Notes under the pieces: model-generated
The model's input: only the letters and a program-made list of their open reading frames with translations
Database searches by the model: none
What the model was told of the DNA's origin: nothing
Program-made: the position numbers and the translations under genes
NCBI GenBank assembly: GCA_964016885.1
Contig: OZ024740.1
Span: 442,494,001 to 442,558,000 of the forward strand
DNA: 64,000 nt
From: Eledone cirrhosa
Lineage: Eukaryota
Reading direction: 5' to 3'
Part shown: one piece after another, positions 32,244 through 44,861 of the stretch
How the letters are laid out: each line of letters starts with the position of its first letter
How positions within the stretch are numbered: the first letter of the stretch is position 1

Positions 32244-32269
32244 TGTAGGGGTATACTGTAGGGGTATAC
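32244..32269 (+). repeat. 13-bp direct duplication (TGTAGGGGTATAC)x2 at the satellite A/B junction
   Basis: Read directly: ...TCA TGTAGGGGTATAC TGTAGGGGTATAC TGTAGGTGAG. Confidence 0.9.
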
Positions 32270-35200
32270 TGTAGGTGAGTGTAGGTGTATAGTGTAGGTG
32301 AGTGTAGGTGTATAGTGTAGGTGAGTGTAGGAGTATAGTGTAGGTGAGTGTAGGAGTAATGTGTAGGTGAGTGTAAGAGAATAGTGTAGGTGAGTGTAGG
32401 TGTATAGTGTAGGTGAGTGTAGGTGTATAATATAGGTGAGTGTAGGAATATAGTGTAGGTGAGAGTAGGAGTATAGTGTAGGTGAGAGTAGGAGTATAGT
32501 GTAGCTGAGTGTAGGAGTATAGTGTAGGTGACTGTAGGAGTATAGTGTTGGTGAATGTAGGAGTATAGTGTAGGTGAGTGTAGGAATATAGTGTAGGTGA
32601 GTGTAGGTGTATAGGATAGGTGAGTGTAGGTTAGAGTAGGAGTATAGTGTAGGTGAGTGTAGGAGTATAGTCTAGATGCGTGTAAGAGTATAGTGTAGAT
32701 GAGTGTAGGAGTATAGTGTAGGTGAGTTTAGGAGTATAGTGCAGGTGAGTGTAGGAGTATAGTTTAAGTTTCAGTCTAGGAGTATAGTTTAGGTGAGTGT
32801 AGGACTATCCTTCTAGGTGAGTGTAGAAGGATAGTGTAGGTGAGTGTAGGAGTATAGTGTATGTGAGTGTAGGAGTATAGTGTAGGTGAGTGTAAGAGTA
32901 TAGTGTAGGTAAGTGTAGGTGTACAGTGTAGATGAGTGTAGGACTATATTGTAGCTGAGTGTAGGAGTATAGAGTAGGTAAGTGTAGGAATATAGTGTAG
33001 GTGAGTGCAGGAATATAGTGTAGGTGAGTGTAGGAGTATAGTGTAGGTGAGTGTAGGAGTATAGTGTAGGTGAGGTTAGAAATATAGTTTAGGTGAGTGT
33101 AGGAATATAGTGTAGGTGAGTGTAGGTGTATAGTGTAGGTGAGTGTAGGAGTATAGTGTAGGTAAGTGTAGGTGTATACTGAAGGTGAGTGTATGAGTAT
33201 AGTGTAGGTGAGTGTGGGAGTATAGTGTAGGTGAGTGTAGGAGTATAGTGTAGGTGAGTTTAGGAGTATAGTGCAGGTGAGTGTAGGAGTATAGTGTAGG
33301 TGAGTGTAGGAATATAGTGTAGGTGAGTGTAGGAGAATAGTGTAGGTGAGTGTAGGAATATAGTGTAGATGAGTGTAGGTGTATAGTGTAAGTGAGTTTA
33401 GCTGTATAGTGCAGGTGAGTGTAGCAGTATAGTTTAGGTGAGTGTAGGAGTATAGTGCATGTGAGAGTAGGAGTATAGTGTAGGTGAGTGTAGGAGAAAA
33501 CTGTAGGTGAGTGTAGGAGTATAGTGTAGGTGAGTGTAGGAGTATAGTGTAGGTGAGTGTAGAAGTATAGTGTAGGTGAGTATAGGAGTATATTGTAGGT
33601 GAGTGTAGGAATTTAGTGTAGGTGACTGTAGGAATATCGTGTCGGTGAGTGTGGGAATATACTGTAGGTGAGTGTAGGAATATAGTGTAGGTGAGTGTAG
33701 GCGTATAGTGTAGGATTATAGTGTAGGTGAGTGTAGGAATCTAGTGTAGGTGTGTGTGGGAGTATAGTGTAAGTGAATGTAGGAGTATAGTGTAGGTGAG
33801 TGTAGGAGTATAGTTTAGGTGAGTGTAGGAGTATCCTGTTGGTGAGTGTAGGAGTATAGTGTAGGTGAGTGTAGGAGTATAGTGTAAGTGAGTTTAAGAG
33901 TATTGTGGAAGTGAGTGTAGGAGTATAGTGTAGGTGAGTGTAGGAGTATAGTTTAGGTGAGTGTAGGAGTATCCTGTTGGTGAGGGTAGGAGTATAGTGT
34001 AGGTGAGTGTAGGAGTATCCTGTTGGTGAAGGTAGGAGTATAGTGTAGGTGAGTTTAGGAGTATAGTTTAGGTGAGTGTAGGAGTATCCTGTTGGTGTGT
34101 GTAGAAGTATAGTGTAGGTGAGTGTAGGAGTATAGTGTAAGTGAGTGTAGGAGTATAGGGTAGGTGAGTGTAGGAGTATAGTGTTGTTGAGTGTAGGAGT
34201 ATAGTGTAGATGAGTGTAGGGGTATAGTCTAGGTGAGTGTACGAGTATAGTGTAGGTGAGTGTAGGAGTATAGTGTAAGTGAATGTAGCTGTATAGTGTA
34301 GGTGAGAGTAGGGGTATACTGTAGGTGATTGTAGGAGTATAGTGTAGGTGAGTTTAGGAGTATAGTGTAGATGAGTGTAGGAGTATAGTGTAGGTGAGAG
34401 TAGGAGTATAGTGTAGCTGAGTGTAGGAGTTTAGTGTAGGTGACTGTAGGAGTATAGTGTAGGTGAGTGTAGGTGTATACTGTAGGTGAGTGTAGGAGTA
34501 TATTGGAGGTGAGTGTAGGACTATCCTTCTAGGTGAGTGTAGAAGTATAGTGTAGGTGAGTGTAGGAGTATAGTGTAGGTGAGTGTAGGAGTGTAGTGTA
34601 GGTGAGTGTAAGAGTATAGTGTAGGTGAGTGTAGGAGTATTATGTTGGTGAGTGTAGGAATATAGTGTAAGTGAGTGTAGGAGTATAGTGTAGGTGAGAG
34701 TAGGAGTATAGTGTAGGTGAGTTTAGGAGTATAGTGTAGATGAGTGTAGGAGTATAGTGTAGGTGAGTTTAGGAGTTTAGTGCAGGTGAGTGTAGAAGTA
34801 TAGTGTAGGTGAGTGTAGGAGCATAGTGTAGTTGAGTTTAGGAGTATAGTGTAGATGAGTGTAGGGGTATAGTGTAGGTGAGTGTACGAGTATAGTGTAG
34901 GTGAGTGTAGGAGTATAGTGTAAGTGAATGTAGCTGTATAGTGTAGGTGAGAGTAGGGGTATACTGTAGGTGAGTGTAGGAGTATAGTGTAGGTGAGTGT
35001 AGGAGTATAGTGTAGGTGAGTGTAGGAGTATAGTGTAGGTGAGTTTAGGAGTATAGTGTAGATGAGTGTAGGAGTATCCTGTTGGTAAGTGTAGGAGTAT
35101 AGTGTAGGTGAGTGTAGAAATTTAGTGTAGGTGTGTGTGGGAGTATAGTGTAAGTGAGTGTAGGAGTATAGTGTAGGTGAGTGTAGGAGTATAGTTTAGG

Positions 35201-38200
35201 TGAGTGTAGGAGTATCCTGTTGGTGAGTGTAGGAGTATAGTGTAGGTGAGTGTAGGAGTATAGTGTAAGTGAGTTTAAGAGTATAGTGTAGGTGAGTTTA
35301 GGAGTATAGTTTAGTTGAGTGTAGGAGTATAGTGTAGGTGAGTGTAGGAGTATAGTTTAGGTGAGTGTAGGAGTATCCTGTTGGTAAGTGTAGGAGTATA
35401 GTGTAGGTGAGTGTAGGAGTATAGTGTAAGTGAGTTTAAGAGTATAGTGTAGGTGAGTGTAGGAGTATAGTGTAAGTGAGTTTAAGAGTATAGTGTAGGT
35501 GAGTGTAGGAGTATAGTGTAGTTGAGTGTAGGAGTATAGTGTAGGTGAGTGTAGGAGTATAGTGTAAGTAGGTGTAGGAGTATAGGGTAGGTGAGTGTAG
35601 GAGTATAGTGTAGTTGTGTGTAGGAGTATAGTGTAAGTGAGTGTAGCTGTATAGTGTAGGTGAGAGTAGGGGTATAGTGTAGGTGAGTGTAGGTGTATAA
35701 TGTAGGTGAGTGTAGGAATATAGTGTAGGTGAGTGTAGGAGTATTCTGTTGGTGAGTGTAAGAATATAGTGTAGGTGAGTGTAGGAGTAAAGTGTAGGTG
35801 AGTGTAGGAGTATAGTGTAGCTGAGTGTAGGAGTATAGTGTAGGTGAGTGTAGGAGTATAGTGTAGGTGAGTGAGGAGTATAGTGTAGGTGAGTGTAGGA
35901 GTATAGTGTAGGTGAGTGAAGGAGTATAGTGGTGGTGAATGTAGGAATATAGTATAGGTGAGTGTAGGAGTATAGTGTAGGTGAGTGAGGAGTATAGTGT
36001 AGGTGAGTGTAGGCGTATAGTGTAGGTGAGTGTAGGAGTAAAAAGTAGGTGATTGTAGAAGTATAGTGTAGGTGAGTGTTGGAATAGAGTGTAGGTGAGT
36101 GTAGGAGTATAGTGTAGGTGAGTGTAGGAGAATAGTGTAGGTGAGTGTAGGAGTATAGCTTAGGTGAGAGTAGGAGTATCCTCTTGGCGAGTGTAGGTGT
36201 ATAATGTAGGTGAGTGTAGGAATATAGTGTAGGTGAGTGTAGGAGTATTCTGTTGGTGAGTGTAAGAATATAGTGTAGGTGAGTGTAGGTGCATACTGTA
36301 GGTGACTGTAGGAAGATAGTGCAGGTGAGTGTAGGAGTATAGTGTAGGTGAGTGTAGGAGTATAGTGTAGATGAGTGTAGGAGTATACTGTAGGTGAATG
36401 TAGGAGTATAGTGTAGGTGAGTGTAGGAATATAGTGTAGGTGAGTGTAGGTGTATAGTGTAGGTGAGTGTAGGAATATAGAGTAGGTGAGTTTAGGTGTA
36501 TAGTGTAGGTGAGTGTAGGAGTATAGTGTAGGTGAGTGTAGGAGTATACTGTAGGTGAGTGTAGGAGTATAGTGTAGGTGAGTGTAGGGATATAGTTTAG
36601 GTGAGTGTAGGAGTATAGTGTAGGTGAGTGTAGGAGTATAGTGTAGATGAGTGTAGGAGTACAGTGTAGGTGAGTGTAGGAGTATAGTGTAGTTGAGTGT
36701 AGGGCTATATTGTAGGTGAGTGTAGGAGTATCGTGTTGGTGCGTGTATGATTATAGTGTAGCTGAGTGTAGCAGTATAGTTTAGGTGAGTGTAGGAGTAT
36801 AGTGTGAGTGAGAGTAGGAGTATAGTGTAAGTGAGTGTAGGAGTATAGTGTAGGTGAGTGTAGGAGTATAGTGTAGTTGAGTGTAGGGCTATATTGTAGG
36901 TGAGTGTAGGAGTATCGTGTTTGTGCGTGTAGGATTATAGTGTAGCTGAGTGTAGGAGTATAGTGTAGATGAGTGTAGGGGTATAGTGTAGGTGAGTGTA
37001 CGAGTATAGTGTAGGTGAGTGTAGGAGTATAGTGTAAGTTAATGTAGCTGTATATTGTAGGTGAGAGTAGGGGTATACTGTAGGTGAGTGTAGGAGTATA
37101 GTGTAGATGAGTGTAGGAGTATAGTGTAGGTGAGTTTAGGAGTATAATGCAGGTGAGTGTAGGAGTATAGTTTAAGTTTCATTCTAGGAGTATAGTTTAG
37201 GTGAGTGTAGGACTATCCATCTAGGTGAGTGTAGAAGTATAGTGTAGGTGAGTGTAGGAGTATAGTGTATGTGAGTGTAGGAGTATAGTGTAGGTGAGTG
37301 TAAGAGTATAGTGTAGGTGAGTGTAGGTGTATAGTGTAGATGAGTGTAGGACTATAGTGTAGCTGAGTGTAGGAGTATAGAGTAGGTAAGTGTAGGAATA
37401 TAGTGTAGGTGAGTGTAGGAATATAGTGTAGGTGAGTGTAGGAGTATAGTGTAGGTGAGTGTAGGAGTATAGTGTAGGTGAGTTTAGGAATATAGTTTAG
37501 GTGAGTGTAGGAATATAGTGTAGGTGAGTGTAGGTGTATAGTGCAGGTGAGTGTAGGTGTATATTGTACGTGAGTGTAGGAGTATAGCGTAGGTGAGTGT
37601 AGGAATATAGTGTAGGTGAGTGTAGGAGTATAGTGTAGGTGAGTGTAGGAGTATAGTGTAGGTGAGTGTAGGTGTATGCTGTAGGTGAGTGTAGGAGTAT
37701 AGTGTAGGTGAGTGTAGGAGTATAGTGTAGGTGAGTGTAGGAGTATAGTGTAGGTGAGTTTAGGCGTATAGTGCAGGTGAGTGTAGGAGTATAGTGTAGG
37801 TGAGTGTAGGAATATAGTGTAGGTAAGTGTAGGAGTATTCTGTTGGTGAGTGTAAGAATATAGTGTAGGTGAGTGTAGGAGTAAAGTGTAGGTGAGTGTA
37901 GGAGTATAGTGTAGCTGAGTGTAGGAGTATAGTGTAGGTGACTGTAGGAGTATAGTGTTGGTGAATGTAGGAGTATAGAGAAGGTGAGTGTAGGAATATA
38001 GTGTAGGTGAGTGTAGGAGTATAGTGTAGGAGAGTGTAGGAGTATAGTGTAGGTGAGTGTAGGAGTATAGTGGTGGTGAATGTAGGAATATAGTATAGGT
38101 GAGTGTAGGAGTATAGTGTAGGTGAGTGAGGAGTATAGTGTAGGTGAGTGTAGGAGTATAGTGTAGGTGAGTTTAGGAGTATAGTGCAGGTGAGTGTAGG

Positions 38201-41200
38201 AGTATAGTGTAGGTGAGTGTAGGAGTAAAAAGTAGGTGAGTGTAGGAGTATAGTGTAGGAGTATAGTGTAGGTGAGTGTAGGAGTATAGTGTAGGTGAGT
38301 TTAGGAGTATAGTGTAGGTGAGTGTAGGAGTATAGTGTAGGTGAGTGTAGGAGTATAGTGTAGGTGAGTGTAGGAGTATAGTGGTGGTGAATGTAGGAAT
38401 ATAGTATAGGTGAGTGTAGGAGTATAGTGTAGGTGAGTGAGGAGTATAGTGTAGGTGAGTGTAGGAGTATAGTGTAGGTGAGTGAGGAGTATAGTGTAGG
38501 TGAGTGTAGGAGTATAGTGTAGGTGAGTGTAGGAATATAGTGTAGGTGAGTGTAGGAGTATAGTGGTGGTGAATGTAGGAATATAGTATAGGTGAGTGTA
38601 GGAGTATAGTGTAGGTGACTGTAGGAGTATAGTGTTGGTGAATGTAGGAGTATAGTGTAGGTGAGTGTAGGAATATAGTGTAGGTGAGTGTAGGAGTATA
38701 GTGTAGGTGAGTGTAGGAGTATAGTGTAGGTGAGTGTAAGAGTATAGTGTAGGTGAGTGTAGGTGTATAGTGTAGATGAGTGTAGGCGCATAGTGTAGCT
38801 GAGTGTAGGAGTATAGTGTTGGTGAGTGTAGGAGTATAGTGTAGGTAAGTGTAGGAATATAGTGTAGGTGAGTGTTGGAATATAATGTAGGTGAGTGTAG
38901 GAGTATAATTTAGCTGAGAGTAGGAGTATAGTGTAAGTGAGTGTAGGAATATAGTGTAGGTGAATGTAGGATTATAGTGTAGGTGAGTGTAGGAGTATAT
39001 TGTAGGTGAGTGTAGGAATTTAGTGTAGGTGACTGTAGGAATATAGTGTCGGTGAATGTGGGAATATACTGTAGGTGAGTGTAGGAATATAGTGTAGGTG
39101 AGAGTAGGCGTATAGTGTAGGAGTATAGTGAAGGTGAGTGTAGGAGTATAGTGGTGGTGAATGTAGGAATATAGTATAGGTGAGTGTAGGAGTATAGTGT
39201 AGGTGAGTGAGGAGTATAGTGTAGGTGAGTGTAGGAGTATAGTGTAGGTGAGTGTAGGAGTAAAAAGTAGGTGATGGTAGAAGTATAGTGTAGGTGAGTG
39301 TTGGAATAGAGTGTAGGTGAGTGTAGGAGTATAGTGTAGGTGAGTATAGGAGAATAGTGTAGGTGAGTGTAGGAGTATAGTTTAGGTGAGTGTAGGAGTA
39401 TCCTCTTGGCGAGTGTAGGAGTATAGTGTAGGTGAGTGTAAGAGTATAGTATAGGTGAGTGTAGGTGCATACTGTAGGTGACTGTAGGAAGATAGTGCAG
39501 GTGAGTGCAGGAGTATAGTTTAGGTGAGTGTAGGAGTATAGTGCAGGTGAGTGTAGGAGTATAGTGTAGGTGAGTGTAGGAGTATAGTGTAGATGAGTGT
39601 AGGAATATAGAGTAGGTGAGTTTAGGTGTATAGTGTAGGTGAGTGTAGGAGTATCGTGTTGGTGCGTGTAGGATTATAGTGTAGCTGAGTGTAGCAGTAT
39701 AGTTTAGGTGAGTGTAGGAGTATAGTGTGGGTGAGAGTAGGAGTATAGTGTAAGTGAGTGCAGGAGTATAGTGTAGGTGAGTGTAGGAGTATAGTGTAGT
39801 TGAGTGTAGGGCTATAATGTAGGTGAGTGTAGGAGTATCGTGTTTGTGCGTGTAGGATTATAGTGTAGCTGAGTGTAGCAGTATAGTTTAGGTGAGTGTA
39901 GGAGTATAGTGTGGGTGAGAGTAGGAGTATAGTGTAAGTGAGTGTAGGAGTATAGTGTAGGTGAGTGGAGGAGTATCCTGTTGGTGAGGGTAGGAGTATA
40001 GTGTAGGTGAGTGTAGGACTATAGTGTAAGTGAGTTTAAGAGTATAGTGTAGGTGAGTGTAGGAGTATAGTGTAGGTGAGTGTAGGAGTATAGTGTAAGT
40101 GAGTGTAGGATTATAGGGTAGGTGAGTGTAGGAGTATAGTGTAGTTGAGTGTAGGAGTATAGTGTAGATGAGTGTAGGGGTATAGTGTAGGTGAGTGTAC
40201 GAGTATAGTGTAGGTGAGTGTAGGAGTATAGTGTAAGTGAATGTTGCTGTATAGTGTAGGTGAGAATAGGGGTATACCCTAGGTGAGGGTAGGAGTATAG
40301 TGTAGATGAGTGTAGGAGTATAGTGTAGGTGAGGGTAGGAATATAGTGTAGGTAAGTGTAGGAGTATTCTGTTGGTGAGTGTAAGAATATAGTGTAGGTG
40401 AGTGTAGGAGTAAAGTGTAGGTGAGTGTAGGAGTATAGTGTAGGTGACTGTAGGAGTATGGTGTTGGTGAATGTAGGAGTATAGTGTAGGTGAGTGTAGG
40501 AATATAGTGTAGGTGAGTGTAGGAGTATAGTGTAGGTGAGTGTAGGAGTATAGTGTAGGTGAGTGTAGGAGTATAGTGGTGGTGAATGTAGGAATATAGT
40601 GTAGGTGAGTGTAGGAGTATAGTGTAGGTGAGTGTAGGAGTATAGTGTAGGTGAGTGTAGGAGTATAGTGTAGGTGAGTGTAGGAGTATAGTGTAGGGGA
40701 GTTTAGGAGTATAGTGCAGGTGAGTGTAGGAGTATAGTGTAGGTGAGGGTAGGAATATAGTGTAGGTAAGTGTAGGAGTATTCTGTTGGTGAGTGTAAGA
40801 ATATAGTGTAGGTGAGTGTAGGAGTAAAGTGTAGGTGAGTGTAGGAGTATAGTGTAGGTGACTGTAGGAGTATGGTGTTGGTGAATGTAGGAGTATAGTG
40901 TAGGTGAGTGTAGGAATATAGTGTAGGTGAGTGTAGGAGTATAGTGTAGGTGAGTGTAGGAGTATAGTGTAGGTGAGTGTAGGAGTATAGTGGTGGTGAA
41001 TGTAGGAATATAGTATAGGTGAGTGTAGGAGTATAGTGTAGGTGAGTGAGGAGTATAGTGTAAGTGAGTGTAGGAGTATAGTGTAGGAATATAGTGAAGG
41101 TGAGTGTAGGTGTATAGTGTAGGTGAGTGTAGGAGTATAGTGTAGGTGAGTATAGGAGTAAAAAGTAGGTGATTGTAGAAGTATAGTGTAGGTATATGTT

Positions 41201-41887
41201 GGAATAGAGTGTAGGTGAGTGTAGGATTATAGTGTGGGTGAGTGTAGGAGAATAGTGTAGGTGAGTGTAGGAGTATAGTTTAGATGAGTGTAGGAGTATC
41301 CTCTTGGCGAGTGTAGGAGTATAGTGTAGGTGAGTGTAAGAGTATAGTATAGGTGAGTGTAGGTGTATAGTGTAGGTGAGTTTTGGAGTATAATGTAGGT
41401 GAGTTTAGGAGTATAGTGTAGGTGAGTGTAGGAGTATACTGTAGGTGAGTGTAGGAGTATAGTGTAGGTGAGTGTAGGAGTATAGTGTAGGTGAGTGTAA
41501 GAGTATACTGTAGGTGAGTGTAGGAGTATAGTTTAGGTGAGTGTAGGAGTATAGTGTAGGTGAATGTAGGAGTATAGTGTAGGTGAGTGTAGGAGTATAG
41601 TGTAGATGAGTGTAGGAGTATAGTGTAGGTGAGTTTAGGAGTATAGTGCAGGTGAGTGTAGGAGTATAGTTTAAGTTTCAGTCTAGGTGTATAGTTTAGG
41701 TGAGTGTAGGACTATCCTTCTAGGTGAGTCTAGAAGAATAGTGTAGGTGAGTGTAGGAGTATAGTGTAGGTGAGTGTAGGAGTATTGTGTAGGTGAGTGT
41801 AGGTGTATAGTGTAGATGAGTGTAGGGGCATAGTGTAGCTGAGTGTAGGAGTATAGTGTTGGTGAGTGTAGGAGTATAGTGTAGGTA
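32244..41887 (+). repeat. Satellite B, left block: 23-bp tandem repeat AGTGTAGGTGAGTGTAGGAGTAT (10-bp + 13-bp subunits sharing AGTGTAGG), G-rich strand on +
   Basis: The monomer is read directly, e.g. 32317-32360 and 34970-35045. It is more degenerate than satellite A, and the consensus has no C on the + strand. Confidence 0.98.
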
Positions 41888-44861
41888 TGATATATTCCTT
41901 CATTCACCTACACTATACTCCTACACTCACCTACACTATACTCCTACTCTCACCCACACTATAATCCTACACTCACCTAAACTATACTGCTACACTCAGC
42001 TACACTATAATCCTACACGCACCAACACGTTACTTCTACACTCACCTACAATATAGCCCTACACTCACCTACACTATACACCTACACTCACCTACAATTT
42101 ACTCATACACTCACTTACAGTATACTCCTACACTCACCTACACTAAACTCCTACACTCATCTACACTATACTCCTACACTCACCTACACTATACTCCTAC
42201 ACACACCTACACTAAACTCCTACACTCACCTACACTATATTCCTACACTCACCTACAGGAAAACTCCTACACTCTCCTACACTATATTCCTACACTCACC
42301 TACAGTGTACTCCTACACTCACCTACACTATGCTCCTACACTCACCTACACTATACTCCTACACTCACCTACACTATACTCCTACACTCACCTATAGTTT
42401 TCTCCTACACTCACCTACACTATACACCTACACTTACATGCATTATACTCCTACACTCACCTAAACTATACTCCTACACTCACCTGCACTATACTCCTAT
42501 ACTCACCTACACTATACTTCTACACTCACCTAGAAGGATAGTCCTAAACTCACCTAAATATACTCCTAGACTGAAACTTAAACTATACTCCTACACTCAC
42601 CTGCACTATACTCCTACACTCACCTACAATATAATCCTACACTCACCTAGAGTATACATCTACACTCACCTACACTATACTCCTACACTCACCTACACTA
42701 TACTCCTACACTCACCTACACTATAATCCTACATTCACCTACACTATACTCCTACACTCACGTACAATATACACCTACACTCACCTACAATATACACCTA
42801 TACTCACCTACACTATATTTCTACACTCACCTAAACTATATTCCTAAACTCACCAACGCTATACTCCTACACTCAGCTTCACTATGCCCCTACACTCATC
42901 TACACTATACAGCTACACTCACCTACACTATACTTCTAGACTCACCTAGAAGGATAGTCCTACACTCACCTAAACTATACTCCTAGACTGAAACTTAAAC
43001 TATACTCCTACACTCATCTACACTATACTCCTACATTCCCCTACACTATACTCCTACACTCACCTACACTATACTCCTACACTCACCTACAGTATACTCT
43101 TACACTCACCTACACTATACTCCTACACTCACCTCCACTATACTCCTACACTCACCTACACTATTCTCCTACACTCACCTACACTATACTCCTACACTCA
43201 CCTACACTTTATTCCAACACTCACCTACACTATACTCCTACACTCACCTACACTATACTCCTACACTCACCTACACTCACCTACACTATATACCTACACT
43301 CACCTACACTATATTCCTACACTCACCTACACCATACTCCTACACTCACCTACACTATACTCCTACACTCACCTACACTATACTCCTACACTCACCTACA
43401 CTATACTCCTACATTCACCACCACTATACTCCTACACTCACCTACACTATACTCCTAAACTCACCTACACTATACTCCTACACTCACCTACGCTATATTC
43501 CTACACTCACCTACACTATACTCCTACATTCACCAACATTATACTCCTACAGTCACCTACACTATACTCCTAAACTCAGCTACACTATACTCCTACACTC
43601 ACCTACACTTTACTCCTACACTCACCTACACTATATTCTTACACTCACCAACAGAATACTCCTACACTCACCTACACTATATTCCTACACTCACCTACAT
43701 TATACCCCTACTCTCACCTACACTATACAGCTACACTCACTTACACTATACTCCTACACTCACCTACACTATACTCGTACACTCACCTACACTATACCCC
43801 TACACTCATCTACACTATACTCCTACACTCAACTACACTATACTCCTACACTCACCTACACTATACTCTTAAACTCACTTACACTATACTCCTACGCTCA
43901 CCAACAGGATACTCCTACAGTCACCTAAACTATACTCCTACACTCACCTACACTATACTCCTACACTCACTTACACTATACTCCTACACACCCCTACACT
44001 AAATTCCTACACTCACCTACACTATATTCCTACACTCACCTACAGTATATTCCTACACTCACCGACACTATATTCCTACAGTCACCTACACTATATTCCT
44101 ACACTCACCTACAATATACTCCTATACTCACCTACACTATACTTCTACACTCACCTACACTATACTCCTACACTCACCTACACTATACTCCTACACTCAC
44201 CTACAGTTTTCTCCTACACTCACCTACACTATACTCCTACACTCACCAGCACTATACTCCTACACTCACCTAAACTATACTCCTACACTCACCTGCACTA
44301 TACTCCTAAACTCACTTACACTATACACATACACTCATCTACACTATATTCCTACACTCACCTACACTATACTCCTACACTCACGTACAATATACACCTA
44401 CACTCACCTACACTATACTCCTACACTCAACTACACTATACTCCTACACTCACCTACAGTATACACCTACACTCACCTACACTATACACCTACACTCACC
44501 TACACTATACTCCTACACTCACCTACACTATATTCCTACACTCACCTACACTATAGTCCTACAATCACGTACAATATACTCCTACACTCACCTACAATAT
44601 ACACCTATACTCACCTACACTATATTCCTACACTCACCTAGACTATATTCCTAAGCTCACCTACACTATACTCCTACACTCACCTACACTATAATCCAAC
44701 ATTCACCTACACTATATTCCTACACTCACTTACACTATACTCCTACTCTCAGCTAAATTATACTCCTACACTCACCTACATTATATTCCAACACTCACCT
44801 ACGCTATATTCCTACACTTACCTACACTATACTCCTACACTCACCAACACTATACTCCTAT
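41888..44861 (-). repeat. Satellite B in inverted orientation (ATACTCCTACACTCACCTACACT)n, ~2.97 kb
   Basis: Abrupt switch from G/T-rich to C/A-rich sequence at ...GTAGGTA|TGA|TATATTCCTTCATTCACC (41881-41908), and back at ...CACTATACTCCTA|T|AGTGTTGGAATAT (44848-44874). The interior is the reverse complement of the 23-bp monomer. Confidence 0.98.

Larger units (their letters stand above)
1..32246. repeat. Satellite A: 33-bp tandem repeat, consensus GAACAAGTCATCATGTTGCTACAT(A/C)AATGTAAT, ~975 copies, open at the left window edge
   Basis: The monomer is read directly from position 1 and repeats head-to-tail without unique sequence to ...CAAGTCATCATGT at 32246. The ORF track shows the matching 11-aa periodicity (MLLHKCNEQVI / MNKSSCCYINV). 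Copy number is length divided by 33. Confidence 0.99.

Noticed and set aside
1-32246. CRISPR array (33-bp repeat with weak dyad symmetry)
   Set aside because: The repeats are directly adjacent with no unique spacers, leader or cas genes.
13-32248. Long + strand ORFs of up to 816 aa (MLLHKCNEQVI / MNKSSCCYINV repeats) and short - strand MMTCSLHLCSN ORFs
   Set aside because: The 33-bp monomer is a multiple of 3 and happens to lack stops in these frames. Overlapping frames are equally open, variants freely create stops and frameshifts (TAATTAAC, 5-bp and 1-bp deletions), and there is no unique N- or C-terminal domain.
32200-32300. Common ancestry of satellites A and B via the shared CTACA/TGTAG pentamer
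   Set aside because: Only 5 bp are shared, in opposite orientation, with different period and composition. This is not distinguishable from chance.
41888-44861. Transposon (MITE/foldback element) insertion
   Set aside because: The segment is entirely satellite B in reverse orientation. It has no terminal inverted repeats of its own, no direct target-site duplication (23 bp are missing instead) and no coding remnant.
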